The notes beneath the pieces were generated by a model. The model was given only the letters and a program-made list of their open reading frames with translations. It ran no database searches and was not told the DNA's origin. Positions 49,981-63,933 of a DNA stretch of 64,000 nt are shown piece after piece; position 1 is the first letter of the stretch; the number at the start of each line of letters is the position of its first letter. The position numbers were made by a program, and so were the translations under genes. This stretch comes from Eledone cirrhosa. Taxonomy: Eukaryota. The DNA is taken from contig OZ024741.1 in the NCBI GenBank assembly GCA_964016885.1, positions 163,184,001-163,248,000 on the forward strand, in the 5' to 3' direction.

Positions 49981-51667
49981 TACGTTGACCTCATCGGGGT
50001 GTTGCGATGGCCATAGTCTCAACCCCAGTTCGAGTGAATAAATAAAAATATATCGACTGCCATGTCCGAAATCGTTGTCATCTGTTTCATGTGATGATCA
50101 ATAATCAACACGATGATATTTCAACACAAAACTAAGTGCTTTCTTTGATATGCCTCCACTTATATCTGGTTTTGTCTTTTATGTTTGACTAGTCATAGTA
50201 ATATTCTGAATGGAACCAATCAATTAGCTGTGTAAAAGAATCCATTATATTTGAAGTTTACTATCTTTCTTCCTCTCTCTTCAGCGTACACGCTATCTCC
50301 CATTTCATGTCTTTCAGGGACGCTCTCTCTTTCTAATGAATATAGTCAACTAATTACTTGACCTCTAATTATTAGAATTGTTGCTGCAGTCAAGCAGTTT
50401 GTTTTCATTACAGTCTAAAAGAGACGTGGGTGGTGGACACCAGTTAGAAACTGTAGAACGCGCCAATTCAAATTCAAAGGGTTTCAACATGGATCGGATT
50501 ATTGCCACAGAAGCAGTGAGATTGCTTTAGTCAACATAAACAAAACTAAGAACAGCAACACAAACTTGTTCAAATGTACTTACAACGACAACGAGTGCTT
50601 CGCTAGCTTTACAGACGAAAGTGATAACCAGATCTCAGCGACCAGAAATATTCTTCCCCGTCCAAAACCTGTAGTACCATCGTTTTGTGACAATGGTAGA
50701 TGGAATATAGTCGGTGGTATTGAATTCGAAAAAGCCTGTGAAGTAAAGAAAAAAGAAGACTCATTCTAAACAAACAATAACAACAACAAACAAGTAACAC
50801 GTGGTCCCAAAGAGGAAATGTTACTTGAGGTGGACCCTATTACTCACTCGGACTAGACAACGATCGGACTAGACAATGACTCGCGGATGCTGTGAACAAA
50901 CGGTAAAGTGCCGGTTGATGAGATTTCAATATGTCGAGTATGCAAGCAATATACTTGCCTGTTTAAGAGCATATGAAATGTTATGCCTTAACCACTCAAA
51001 AGAGTGGTTGCCCTTTCTCAAACCAGCCTTTCCATTGCCACCTAAGATGCCCATGTTCATCTTCGGAAGTGAACAACATTAGAATATATTTCTGAAGAAC
51101 ATGGTACTTCGTGGGTACTTTGATCAAAGGTGAGGGGAAAATTCTCTGCCATGTGTAGGGGGGTTTCCTATTTTTGTACTACATTTTACAAATATTCTTT
51201 TATATGTTTGTTTAGAAGACGGCGAGCGAAATTGGAAAATTGAATGAGAAGCTTTCGCCGCATATTTTAAATACAGGAAATAGTCTAACAGGGCAAAAAA
51301 GACCTGTTATTTGATTATTTTCTGTAGTATATGATGTCTCTATATTAGTATCAAGTTTCGGAATCGCAGAGCTGGAAGAACGTCAGACATAAAACTTTGT
51401 AGTACCCGTTCCTGCTTTTTGTCTTTCATATTTTTGGATTCGATAATTAAAGTGTGATTCCACTACTGGGGACAGTTTTTCTTGATTCCGCTTCAAGAGA
51501 GGAAGAAATGGGATGTTATTTCACCAGAAGTGTGATTTGTGGGACACAATATATATATATATATATATTAGAAAATGAGGTGTTTCTTTTGTTCCACATA
51601 AAACAGAAGTAACATTCGAACATCAACCAGATGCCAGAAAAACCACAAACCCTCCATCTTAATTCTA

Positions 51668-51703
51668 CTTTTGAAAAGCATAAGAACTGCGAAACCGGTA
51701 AAG
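51668..51703 (+). ncRNA. Minimal hammerhead-like motif (U3:A8 core), second copy of the 46794 family
   Basis: CTT-TTGAAAA-GCA TAAGAAC TGC-GAAA-CCGG-TA-AAG. Confidence 0.7.
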
Positions 51704-51780
51704 GAGCCAAATAGATATTCTTAAAAAGACTCCAGTTGAATTTTCGATTTCATCTTTTTTCCTTATATATATATATATAT

Positions 51781-51842
<62 letters not shown>

Positions 51843-52434
51843 AGGGAGAGTGAGATCTACTGGCTAAGCAATAAACTGGCAGATTTAGAATGAATTCAGT
51901 CATATAGCGGATAGAATCGAATTATCGTGACGCGTGTATCACGCATGTATCACTGACTGATCTCCATGGCAACGCTTTCGCTATCTTGTTTGCGGTATGC
52001 AGCAGAGAAAGAAACGTCCATCTGTCATAAGTGTAGAGTGTGCCACCTCATCATCCCTACCCCTTTGTCATTCGTAAATAAAGATTTGGCACATTAAAAT
52101 ATATCTACGAAGCGTGAAGGGCAATGTTAGTCTCAGGAAGGAGGATCCATATTCAAAATGCAGATAGACGAAAGAAAAATACAGTAAGTCAATTGTAAGC
52201 GTTTGACTAACATTTCTACTGCCCCACTGCGTTAACATTAAATAGTTTTAGAGAGTAAAAATATCAAATAGAAAATAAAACTATAAAAAAAAATCATTTT
52301 AAAAACTATTTTAATATGCCATGAATCAAATGCTATGACATATCTTTCAAAGCTAAACTAAAGTAAATGAGATTAAAATAGTATCACGGGCAATTGGTTA
52401 TTCAGAAGTAGCTACTCGAGAGAAATAAAGCAAT

Positions 52435-52619
52435 AGTTTCTACTTTAGTCACAAGGCCAGCAATAACTCAGTGCATTACTGGTACTTTATTTTATCGACC
52501 CCATAAGGATGAAAGGTAAAGTCAACCTCGGGGGGATTTGAACTCAGACCATAAAGGGACGTAACTATGCTGGAAAGCATGGCGTCCGACCCTCTACCGA
52601 TATTGCCAATCCACCGCCC
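52435..52619 (-). mobile_element. SINE S1, near full length
   Basis: Minus strand reads GGGCGGTGGATTGGCAATATCGG (A box-like)..GAGTTCAAATCC (B box)..CTTTCATCCTTATGGGGTCGATAAAATAAAGTACCAG. Confidence 0.85.
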
Positions 52620-54029
52620 TATGAAACAATGAAATAATGATAATAAAAATGAAACGAGCTGGAGAAACTGAAGCATTCTGTTGTTGCTGGCTCAAAGCCA
52701 AGCAAAGGTTCCGCATATTTTGACATCTACTTAAGCGTATTGTACGGCATTAGTGCGATGACAGATACATTTGGACCGCTTACCGAACAATACTGCTAAT
52801 TACAATATTATTAATTCAATAATTATTTAATTAGACACGAAGATTTCAAAAGATCGTGTTAAATGTCCTGTCGTATTCATATATATATTGGACACGATCA
52901 GAATATTTAAATATTTAACTTCTTGTCAACGTGCTTACATATATACACACACACGTACACACACACACACACACAGACACAGACACCTTCACACACACAC
53001 ACACACATATATATATATTTGTTTTTTAATGTACACACGTACACACACACACTTACATACGTTTCGACAGCTAGATCCGTACTCTGGTGCGTTATGGTCT
53101 ATCTGATATCTTACCACATCCTCTTTGTTTATGTATGTATAATGGCCACCAACTCGCTAGACGAGTAATATACCTTTATTGATGGTTGCGATCTACGTAG
53201 TGAGTTGTATAGCTTGCTAGAGACCTGTGCGTTTTGTTGCATAACATGTATTGGAATTCTCTATACCACCATTCGGATATTCAGTCTATATACATAATTA
53301 TGTATTTTTGACTGCCTTGTAAGTCCTTACTTATTGGGAAATTCTCTGCCACATGTACCACATTACATATTGGTTGCAAGGAATTAGTCGTATGCAACGT
53401 GTGGCTTTTCTGCGCGCTTACGTAGGTGGCTTGTCAAACCAGAGTTTGACAGGCTTATTCGACCACATACATTGCGTTAAATTAAGATTCAGAAATCTCC
53501 ATTCGTAGCTTCACACTTAATGCTTGCCAACTCCAAAGTAGATTCGTGAAAAGGACATATACCAATAGGTATAGCGGTGTGACACTGGTTTCAATCTAAT
53601 GCCATGACCTTCTAATAAGTTGAGTCAATTTTGCACTGTGTTAAGGAATTTTTCACATAGTCCTTGGAACGAAGTTTTGGATTTTGTTGTGGTGTTGCAC
53701 TAGGTATTAACTAGCCATGAAAGACTTGCTTTGGAAATCAGATTGAACAACGTGGTCTAGCCATCGGAGTCTAGGCTTCTGAATGTGAGCTTCAAAGCTG
53801 ACTGCACTTATATTTTGTAATATTTCAGTGTCTGCTGTGTGTGTACTCCAGTGAACTCCGAAAATACCACGAAGGCAAAACTGCTGAAACCTTTCGAGGA
53901 GTTTAATAAGAGAATAGACAGATCACATGCATTGTCTACTGCAATTTCTGTCTTTTTCTAAATCCTGTCCGACTCCAAAGACAAACCTTAAAACGTGTGA
54001 AAGAATCGGCTGCTTTTTTATGTGGGAGG

Positions 54030-54760
54030 CTATTTCCTCATTTAATGTGCTTTTCGTCTTCCTTTGAGTTGTACCCCATGTACAAAGTTTTTGTTCCAGA
54101 CTTCCCGATCTCTCATCGCAGGCGTTGTCGCTGCCAACAGAACATGGTTATGTGTGAACGTCCTATTCGGCCCTTTGTATCTGGTGACCAGAGAAGTAGT
54201 TTCTGCAGGTTCATCATGACGAAACTCGTGGCAGATCACCGTAAACGACTGTAATGGCAGTGTGAATTTGTCGCGAAATGTTGAACACCACACGTAACAT
54301 CGTGGTGTAAAACCATCAAGTCTCATTGAGCATGCAACACTGCCAGTCCAGGATTCTGAATCATGTTGTAAGATGGTGTCGAGAGTCGCTTTGAAGACGT
54401 TGCACTTCGCATATCTTGGAGTAGGAGCTTTCCAGATTTTTTGTAGTAAATTTATTGTAATCCATGCTTGATAAATTCCAGCGGTTATAGCATGCTCAGT
54501 GTCAGTGTAATCACCCAGATATAACCCTCAAGAGTCGGCGCGGAGACACCATCACTAAGCTATTGTGCTCCCTAATCTTGACTATGCAGATGACATGGCT
54601 CTTCTGGAAGATACAATCGAAAAAGTTCAGGACATCTTCCATCATGTCAAGGCTGCATGCCAAGAAGTGGGTTTGTTTTTCAATGCAAATTCATGCATTT
54701 TAATCCACCCACTGTTAGTCAACTATATACTTCTGACGGTTCACCTATCGAACTGGGTCC
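54030..54760. mobile_element. RTE-clade LINE RT remnant with 5' inversion
   Basis: Plus strand 54526-54760 gives LDYADDMALL..VGLFFNA..SDGSPIEL. Minus strand 54525-54040 gives YLGDY..AW..KIWK..FKATLDTIL..ESW..RLDG..YGDLPRVS..LLLWSP..AMRDREVW. Confidence 0.85.
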
Positions 54761-55074
54761 ATTACTAGTTCATTGTACTTCCCAGATATGGAAACATATG
54801 TACTACGCTGAGTTTCTGTGTGAATGGATGATTCTATTTATGGAAATCTCAGAGCAGGTTAAAACATTAATACAGTTTTATCGAGGCTAGCATTTAATAC
54901 ATAAACTTTACATGTACACGACAGTCTATTTAAGAACTTTGTCATATCTGTCAGGGAATGGGCAATTAAATCGCAGTCATAAGCATAAAGAAGATCGTGA
55001 ATGAGAGTTTGGAGGACTTTACTCGTTGAAGCAAACACCTAAACTTGAACAGTTTTCATAAGAAGCAATAACAC

Positions 55075-55137
<63 letters not shown>

Positions 55138-55552
55138 CACACACATAGATAGATATAGATATTCACGTTTATATATACATATATTTGTATATATATATAT
55201 ATATATGTGTGTGTTTGTGTGTGTGTGTGTATATATGTACAGCGATTAATTTGTTTTGCAAGGTTTTTTATATGAAATCGTGTGTTGTAACAAATATTGT
55301 TATATTTGGGGAAGGTCATCTTGTTATAATATTGCCAGAAATAAGTAATAAAACGCAGTAACTGTTTGGTTTGGGTTGGTTTTCGCTTCCGTATATTTTA
55401 TATCCCTATAGTTAAAATTTAGCTGGCAATCAATGTTTATCATTGATTGACTAACAGTCAAAAATATAGATGTAAATATATATATATATTCTCTCAGAGC
55501 TCTTTCGTCACGCACATGTGACATCATCAGTGATAATATTATGATTCATATA

Positions 55553-55627
<75 letters not shown>

Positions 55628-55734
55628 CGAAGGAAATGTGGTAAGGAACCAGGTAGACCATAACGCACCAAAGTACTCAGTCCAGAACTAGCCGTCGAAA
55701 CGGCTTGAGCTCAGCCGTCGGGGTCCTACTCGTT

Positions 55735-55812
<78 letters not shown>

Positions 55813-55814
<2 letters not shown>

Positions 55815-56819
55815 AGTGGTAACACAACAGTTAATTTACGATACCGAGAACAATTGTTTCACCTTAGCGGATCTTCAGCTCGTACTGGTCTCATGGTTAT
55901 ACGGAACAGGAAGAACAACCGCATGAACGCGCATTCGCAGAAATGATCACTTTACCCAAGTGAAACACAGCCACGAGCGAAAGGTGTAAGGGAGATAACT
56001 GCAAAAGTTGGGGAAGTTGTTGATAAGAAAATTAGAATGTTGTTGTTATTCAATCCGGAGATTTCTAGTTATGCAACAGGTGTTTCCAGACGTCTGTACA
56101 ACGCGAGAAGATTTCATTTCGTGAATTTAGGCAATCGCTATTGCGTAATATTCCTTATAATATTTATCCTTTCTTCAATACACAGTCCACAAGACGGATT
56201 ACCCCTTGCGTATGGCTTGGACTTAGTGATGGCTTTCCATTGAATATAGTAGACTATACCTGAGTCCTTGAGGGACCATACGTGGCTTGCGAGTTTCATG
56301 GATGATCGTTTGTCCGGGTACCTAAAGGTCGACTGATGGTTCAGGAAGCGTTCCTTAAATCCGCCCTCGGCCATACCCACATAGGATTTGGCCTCCTGTG
56401 GTTGATTTGGTCGGTTGGAAGTGACCACAGCTTCATAAACTACAGCGGGTGTGTTGCATTGTTGTTGAAGGGGACAAACTTCAGGTTTTTGGCAAGAGCA
56501 TCCTGGTGGGGTGCCGCTCTTAGGACTGTTGGTGATGTGGGCCTTCATATTCTTAGCGCAGGAGAACCCTAGTTTTACTCTGTGTCTGTTAAAGATGGAG
56601 CAGTATTTGTGACCTATGGGAAAGTGTTTATCTAAGAGGGCTAAAAAATGTTTTCCTATATTAGCTTTAACGTTGAGTGAGAAGGGAGGAGAGAACCAGA
56701 TAGTTTATCTATTGTTAGGATTTCTTTTCTTATTGCTGTTGTTACAACAGAAAAACACTTCTATCTAATTCGTCCCATGGATTGAGTGCTCTACCACTAC
56801 GGATATTACCTTCCAGTGT

Positions 56820-56821
<2 letters not shown>
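55813..56821 (-). mobile_element. 5'-truncated Naiad-like PLE (linker plus GIY-YIG plus pLTR) with inverted 5' tail piece (56742-56821)
   Basis: IWFSPP, KHFP, CSCQKPEVCPLQQQC, VVY..SYVG, CGLCIEE. Same family as 57145-59375. Confidence 0.9.
55845..55882 (-). ncRNA. Minimal hammerhead motif (CTGAAGA, palindromic stem III)
   Basis: Minus strand reads CGAG-CTGAAGA-T CC GCTAA GG T-GAAA-CAATTG-TT-CTCG. Confidence 0.75.
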
Positions 56822-56906
<85 letters not shown>

Positions 56907-56909
56907 CAT

Positions 56910-57062
56910 AGAGGGTCGGATGCCATGCTGAAGTACGGCCCTTGCCATTCTGAGTTCTAATCCCGCCGAGGTTAACTTTGCCTTTCATCCTTGTGGGGTC
57001 GATAAAATAAAGTACCAGTAATGTGCTGGATAATTGCTGGCCTTGTGCCCAAAGTAGAAACA
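56910..57062 (+). mobile_element. SINE S1
   Basis: GAGTTCTAATCCCGCCGAGGTTAACTTTGCCTTTCATCC..GGGGTCGATAAAATAAAGTACCAG. Confidence 0.85.
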
Positions 57063-57176
57063 CTTATAAAATTAAATCAAATTATTTAACACTACAAGTG
57101 AAGTCATTCTTTTCCTTTTTTTTCAAATATATATATATATATATAGAAGTGGTTACACAACAGTTAGTTCACCATA

Positions 57177-57216
57177 CCGAGAACAATTGTTTCACCTTAG
57201 CGGATCTTCAGCTCGG
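57177..57216 (-). ncRNA. Minimal hammerhead motif in inverted pLTR
   Basis: Minus strand reads CCGAG-CTGAAGA-TCCGCTAAGGT-GAAA-CAATTG-TT-CTCGG. Confidence 0.8.
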
Positions 57217-57778
57217 AATGGGCATGGTTATAGGAACAGGAAGGACAACCGTATGAACGCGCAAGCGCAGAAACCCGGTCACTTCACACAGGCATGGCGG
57301 AGGGCCGATTCAAGGCACGTTTCCTGAACCACCAGTCTACCTTCAGATACTCGGACAGACGTTCATCCACGAAACCCGCGAGCCACGTATGGTCCCTCAA
57401 GGACTCAAGTATAGACTACTCCATTCAATGGAAAGTCATCACTAAGTCCAAGCCAAATGCAAGGGGAAATCCGACATGTGGCTTATGTATTGACGAACGA
57501 ATAACTATTCTAAAGAGATTACGCAATAGTGATTGCCTAAACACGAGAAGTGAATTTTTCAGACGTTGTCCACACGTCGCCAAACATCTATTGCATAACT
57601 ACAAGGCTCCGGACTGATTCCTTGTAATTATATTTTCAACCTAAAAACTTTTCGGACTTTCGCAGTTATCTTCCTTACACCTCTCGCACGCAGTCTAGTA
57701 TTGCCTGTGTGAAGTGACCGGGTTTCTGCGCTTGCGCGTTCGTACTGTTATCCTTCCTGTTCCTAAAACCTAGCCCAT

Positions 57779-57818
57779 CCGAGCTGAAGATCCGCTAAGA
57801 TGAAACAATTGTTCTCGG
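57779..57818 (+). ncRNA. Minimal hammerhead motif in sense pLTR
   Basis: CCGAG-CTGAAGA-TCCGCTAAGAT-GAAA-CAATTG-TT-CTCGG, with palindrome AACAATTGTT. Confidence 0.8.
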
Positions 57819-59379
57819 TATGATGAACTAACTGTTGTGTAACCACTTCTACCTAACTCGTCCTTTGGACTGAGTGCTCTACCACTACGGATATTACCTT
57901 CCAGTGTTCCCCCACTATTTACGTCTCCAACACCGATCATCAGATTGTCTTCACTACGTAGAAGTTTGGCTTTAAGCAGATTCTTCACCACGTGCGAGTT
58001 TGGCTTACTACCCTGAGAGCGCTCTATATATCCTCGTGTCCTACACAATTTTGCGTCTCATCAACGTCAGTATGGATTTATACGAACTGGATTACTCCCT
58101 GAAGAACATTCCAACCCCCTCCAACCATGTTTACCAAAAGTTCCTCCTACAAAAAGCGGAAGATGTCGTCAGACGCTTAAGATGGCGAGCCCTAGCTTTC
58201 GACGGCAAAATTACAGGCACCAACAACACCTTCAACCTGAAATCGAGAGCATACCCTCCTAAGTTAACTGAACTTGCTCCTTTCGAGACGGACCTTCTTG
58301 ACTTAGTCGCTAACATTTCCTTTCGCAAACACACTAACACCTTTCAAACGAAACTCAGAAACGGTATTAAAAAATTTAGGTCTTCTAATAACACCTTCGT
58401 CCTTTCCGACAAAACTAATAATATTTACGAAGTCGACAACACCACTTTCCGCCACCTGGCCCGTAACGCTATTACTTCTAAATATAAGAAAGCTAACCCT
58501 ATGGCCTACCACGACATTAATACAGAAGCCAAGGAAATTGCCGCAGACCTTAAGGTAGATAAGAAGCTACAATCTCTAGCTAAGCGGGAGGCGTTCCTCA
58601 CCCTAAAAGATCACAAGGTAGACTTTACTTCTAACCCCACATGTAGACTAATAAACCCGGCACGCACAGATATGGGACTAGTCAGTAAGGCCATACTTAG
58701 AAACATAGGCGATTAGGACCAAGTCCAACCTGCCCCAGTGGGAGAACAGCGACTCCGTAATTAAGTGGTTTAACTCCTTAAAATCCCAAAGAGCGAAGTT
58801 CACAGAGTTTGACATTGTCGATTTTTACCCGTCGATCTCACAGACCCTGTTAAACAAAGCGTTCGAGGGTTTAGACAGGGAAATCATCGTTCACTGTCGG
58901 AAAACGCTCCTTTTCAACGAGGGAGTAGCCTGGACAAAGAAGTCTACATCTTCAGACCTGGTAGACGTCTCCATGGGATCGTTTGACAGTGCTGACATAT
59001 GTGACTTGGTTGGCCTTTTTATCTTAGACATATTACGTGTTAGATTCCCGGCCTTCCACACGGGAGTATACCGTGACGATGGACTGACTTTATCGAGCCA
59101 TAAAAGTGGTCACGACCTCGACTGGTTTAAAAAAGACTTAGCTTCTACCTTCAATGCGTTAGGTCTTAGGAAAACAGTAGCCACCAACCTCTCTAGCGTA
59201 GATTTCTTAGACATTAATTTAGACCTTTGCACACACACCCACAGACCCTTCCATAAGCTAAACGAGAAACTTAATTACATTCACAAGGACTCATGCCACC
59301 CTCCCACTGTTTTTAGAATATCAGTACTAGAATCTGAAACCTCTCCTCTAATAAGGCTATCTTTGACAGGGCGGCACGG

Positions 59380-59789
<410 letters not shown>

Positions 59790-59939
59790 TTTATACTTAT
59801 ATATACACTATATATAATTATAAACAAGAAAGGTCAATAATTCATGACTACCTTATTACCATTATACTACCGGGGTCGATAAAATAAAGTACCAGTAATG
59901 CACTGGAATAATTGTTGGCCTTGTGCCAAAAGTAGAAAC

Positions 59940-59991
<52 letters not shown>

Positions 59992-60047
59992 GGAAAAAAT
60001 GAAATTTCATTTCTCACTCTTAGTACGGCTGATACTTAAATATAAGT

Positions 60048-60309
60048 ATGTATACGTACATACATTTATGTATACAGACGTACAGTAGTATGTATATACA
60101 TACATACATGCACACAAATATATATGTACGTATGGGTTTACCGAACTTTTATTATATTGTTTACTTTTATTGTTTACAAACAAACCGAGCATTATAATAA
60201 ATGTTCGGTAAACCCATACGTACATATATATATGTGTGCATGTATGTATGTATATACATACTACTGTACGTCTGTATACATATATGTATATATGTATGTA
60301 CGTATACAT
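60048..60309. repeat. Inverted repeat with ~105-bp arms and ~40-bp spacer
   Basis: TGTACGTATGGGTTTACCGAAC (~60125-60145) / GTTCGGTAAACCCATACGTACA (~60203-60224), extending outwards. Confidence 0.85.
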
Positions 60310-60310
60310 T

Positions 60311-60363
<53 letters not shown>

Positions 60364-60794
60364 CCATATGTGCATATATGTATATATGCATACATATACG
60401 TGTGTATGTGTATGTTTGTGCGTTTGTATACATATGTTATAAATGGTGTTGTCTTCTTTTCCTTATTAGCTCTTATTAAAGGTAAGTCATTTTAATTTTA
60501 ATTAAGTCTGTTTTAGAACAAAAACTTTCCATCAGGATAATTAACGTTGCGTGTGATAGGCAGAGTGTGTGCATATATAATGGTTTCCTGGGGTGTGTTC
60601 CTTTATTGCACATGTATTTCGCATGATAAATGTTAGGGGAAATAAGTTCAGGTTGTGTTATGTGGCCATTGTCATTTTCAAATCGTTAAATTGTTTAAGT
60701 AATTTGCTTCTAACTAAATATTTGTTAATCACTGCAATTTATCTATTTCGCGACACATTTTATTTCCTCTCTTACTAATTAATTATTTTTAACA

Positions 60795-60975
60795 TAGGCA
60801 CGAGGCCGGCAATTTTGTTAAAGCGAAATCCATTAAATCGATCGCAGTATTTAACAGGTACTTTAAGTTATTGACCCCAAAATGATGAAAACCAAAGTTG
60901 AACTCGGTGACATTTGAGCCGGATCGAATACCATGAAGTATTCTATCCAACGTTCTCACGACTTTGCCAACTCCA
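60795..60975 (-). mobile_element. SINE S1, highly diverged
   Basis: GGCACGAGGCCGGCAATT..GGTACTT..TTGACCCC..GATGAAA.CCAAAGTTGA.CTCGG. Confidence 0.55.
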
Positions 60976-61154
60976 CAAATTTCCTCTCGTACTAATTCCT
61001 AATTAAATTACACAACGGTTAGTATCATAGCGAATAAAATATCACCCATTTACGAATGACGCTTGGCACGTTTTCATCACATACTCCACTTATGGTTTGA
61101 AAACTACGAACCTCGCAATAATAAATTTCAAGCTTCCTTAACAATATAGAGTTG

Positions 61155-61500
61155 ACGCACGCATGGCTAAGTGGTTAAGAAATTTACTCCGCAATCGTGA
61201 AGCCCAAAATTAGGTCCTACAGCGTAACATCTTGATCAAATATCTTCACCATATTCTCACGTCGATCCAAGTGAAGTTATGTAGACGGGTAATATGTAGA
61301 AGTCTATCAGATAGATTTTGTCTGTAATTCAATGGTCCAGCCTTTTCCCATTTTGTATCCTACTGATTCGTCGATGCTGCTTCAGAAATTACGATAAAGT
61401 TACACGTGTTTATGGAATATTCAAGCATCTGTAGGTTAATTCACGAGTCCCATGTTCAGTTGATCGAACGACTAACTATTGATCTTCGAAACCGAAGGAG
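61155..61500 (+). mobile_element. Diverged tRNA-derived SINE
   Basis: Head GCATGGCTAAGTGGTTAAGA (A box) and CGCAATCGTGA shared with the 41865 head. Confidence 0.5.
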
Positions 61501-63797
61501 AATCTAAAATCACAATATGTACATTGTCACAAGATTTCCACATTTCCCGTGAGTTGTGTATAGATATATCCAGTTAGTAGCATCAGTACAACCTCGGACA
61601 AAATATTATCAATATTCTACTACGCCCTTCTATGTCTTGATATCAAATATTATGTGGTTTACTTGTTAGGTTGTGATGAAATAGTAACATGATACTGAGG
61701 GTTATTCAATTCGCCTACTATATAAAATTATTTTGATCAGAATTTCCAGTAAGAATCGTAGAGAAAATAACACGCCATAGGATGAGACCAAACTGTAATT
61801 TCTATTCTTTTATAGTTGCTGTTCTCTCTGTTTACTTACGCTGTAATTATCACTGCAAAAACATCAAAAGACATGAATTACACCGCAATCCAAGTAACAC
61901 TTTCTATGAAAGGTATAATCTTTGTGCAAAAGTAAATTATATTTACGCATATAATATGTTGCTAAACCCTGACAAATCTCGTTAATTTACAAATATCGAT
62001 GAAAGGCTCAAAATTCACTAAGGTCGATTATACCGTTATATCCATCCTGTTTTATTCTTATAAGAGAAGTTTAAAATCACCGTTTATATGCCTTCTATTT
62101 GTAAAACGTAGTGTTTCTAATTGAACTCTTACAAACATGAGCTATGTTCTATAACCACAACAACTTTAACAGAAAGAACTCTTTTGAAAGTTACACAAGG
62201 TATAAACCGTTCCTGGAGTTAACTCTCCCGGTACCAATCCGGATGAAGCCCTCATTCTACCATTTAACTTAAAATGCTTTATATAAAAACCTTCCATCGT
62301 AATTTCATGCCAGAACGTCTGTTATACTCCAAACACCAGCTTAATAATAAGAAAGTTACATCACTAAATCCCTTCCAAATGTTCATTATTTAAAAAGAAT
62401 TCGAAGATAATAGACCATCTGTTTCGTTAAAAATATGTGACGAAAGTGTTAAACATTACTATAGTTGTCAATATAAAGACATATGCCAGCTTAATAAATC
62501 TCTATGTACTCATAGATGGAATAACTTAGATGTATTTCGGTTAAACGAGACATCGCAAGACGTTGATTACATAAGATGCGGAAAGTTATCTAGAGAAAAG
62601 GAAATGCGCATATAAGAATGGATGTTAGAACTCTTCGTATGAGTACTAAAGAGAATGATATTCTAGGAGGACATGAGTCACATTTTAAATTTGTTGAAAG
62701 CGAATGAGATTTTCTCACGTTTTGATCAGAACATTCTTTATGACATCGTCTATAATTTTTGTAGATATGTTTTCATGTTCGACATCATTTATGAAGAGGA
62801 CATTTTATTAGAACAAAAACTTATATGTATTCTCGCGAAGTAGATGATCATGGCTCTGCAGTAAAATATTGTCAATACTAATGGGTTTTCTGATTCGGCT
62901 ACATTTCATTATTCAATGATGAAGAGATGAATGAAGATAGAGAGCAAAAACACATAAAATTTGAATGGTACTATATTTTGTGACCTAAAATGATAAAAAG
63001 CATCGTTTGAAGTCTGACCACAGAGAGGCGGAACTCTCGATTACTTTAATCACCCAGAAAATTAATTTTCATTATAAAAACTTTTGCCTATATATGAAAG
63101 AGCTAAGCAAAAATATGCTAATCGCTACGGATCTGCTTACACCCTACGTTTTTTTGTAGAGAAAATATGCCATGGGCCCTGAACTTCGGAGGTAGCCCAT
63201 CACTATAGATTCGGAAAGAAAGAACGAGAGAGAGAGAGAGAGCGAGAAAGATGTGGATATGTTTCTAAAATTGAAAATCCTCTATGCCTTAACACAGGTA
63301 TCGTTACACCAACAGCTCAACCCAGACACTACCACATGAGCATGTATATATATATGTCTCTCCTTTGTTCTGTCCTACACCATCTTGTTTTTGTGTGTTG
63401 TGCGGTGTGTGTTTATATATATATATATATATACGTGTATTCTCTCGTCTACGATTTCACAGAACTTATGTTTACCGAATTCGCAGACCTGACCCCTTCT
63501 TCCTTCCGTTAGACCTGTGCGGAATTCCTTCCTTGCTCACATTTCGACTAGGTTTGATGGTCTTTATTCTCTCGTTCACGATTTCACCGAATTTAAATTC
63601 ATAGAAATCTGGGACTTGTCTCTTTCTTCCTCACTTACTGTTGCTTCACCATTTTGTTTGTTTACCCTCGCGTCCCCTTTATTTACGTGTCCCAACGACT
63701 TTTTTTAGCCGTTGCTCGCACCAACCGGAGGTATATGGTCTTTAAAGCGATGAAATGCCTATGATGGTTGGAAGATCACTGATGAAGGACAACATTT

Positions 63798-63854
<57 letters not shown>

Positions 63855-63933
63855 TAAACACACAACACACAACACACAAAAACAAGATGGTGTAGGACAG
63901 AACAAAGGAGAGACACACTAAATAAAACCCTAG

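Larger units (their letters stand above)
57145..59375 (+). mobile_element. Naiad-like PLE with classical partial-tandem architecture: inverted pLTR, EN 3' end, pLTR, 5' part of next ORF
   Basis: 57145-57294 is the reverse complement of 57702-57851. EN tail at 57294-57617. ORF from ~58072 (MDLYELDYSLKNIP..SDKT..TLKDHK..CRLINP / FDIVDFYPSI / MGSFDSADICDLVG..GVYRDDGL..DFLDINLDL..SCHPP), frameshifted and cut by a SINE. Confidence 0.95.

Noticed and set aside
63750-63792. GAAA..TGAT/ATCA hairpin..CTGATGA (inverted homologue at 46028-46068) as a type II/III hammerhead
   Set aside because: Stem III does not pair in either copy and no stem II partner or downstream GAAA is present; at most a truncated motif.
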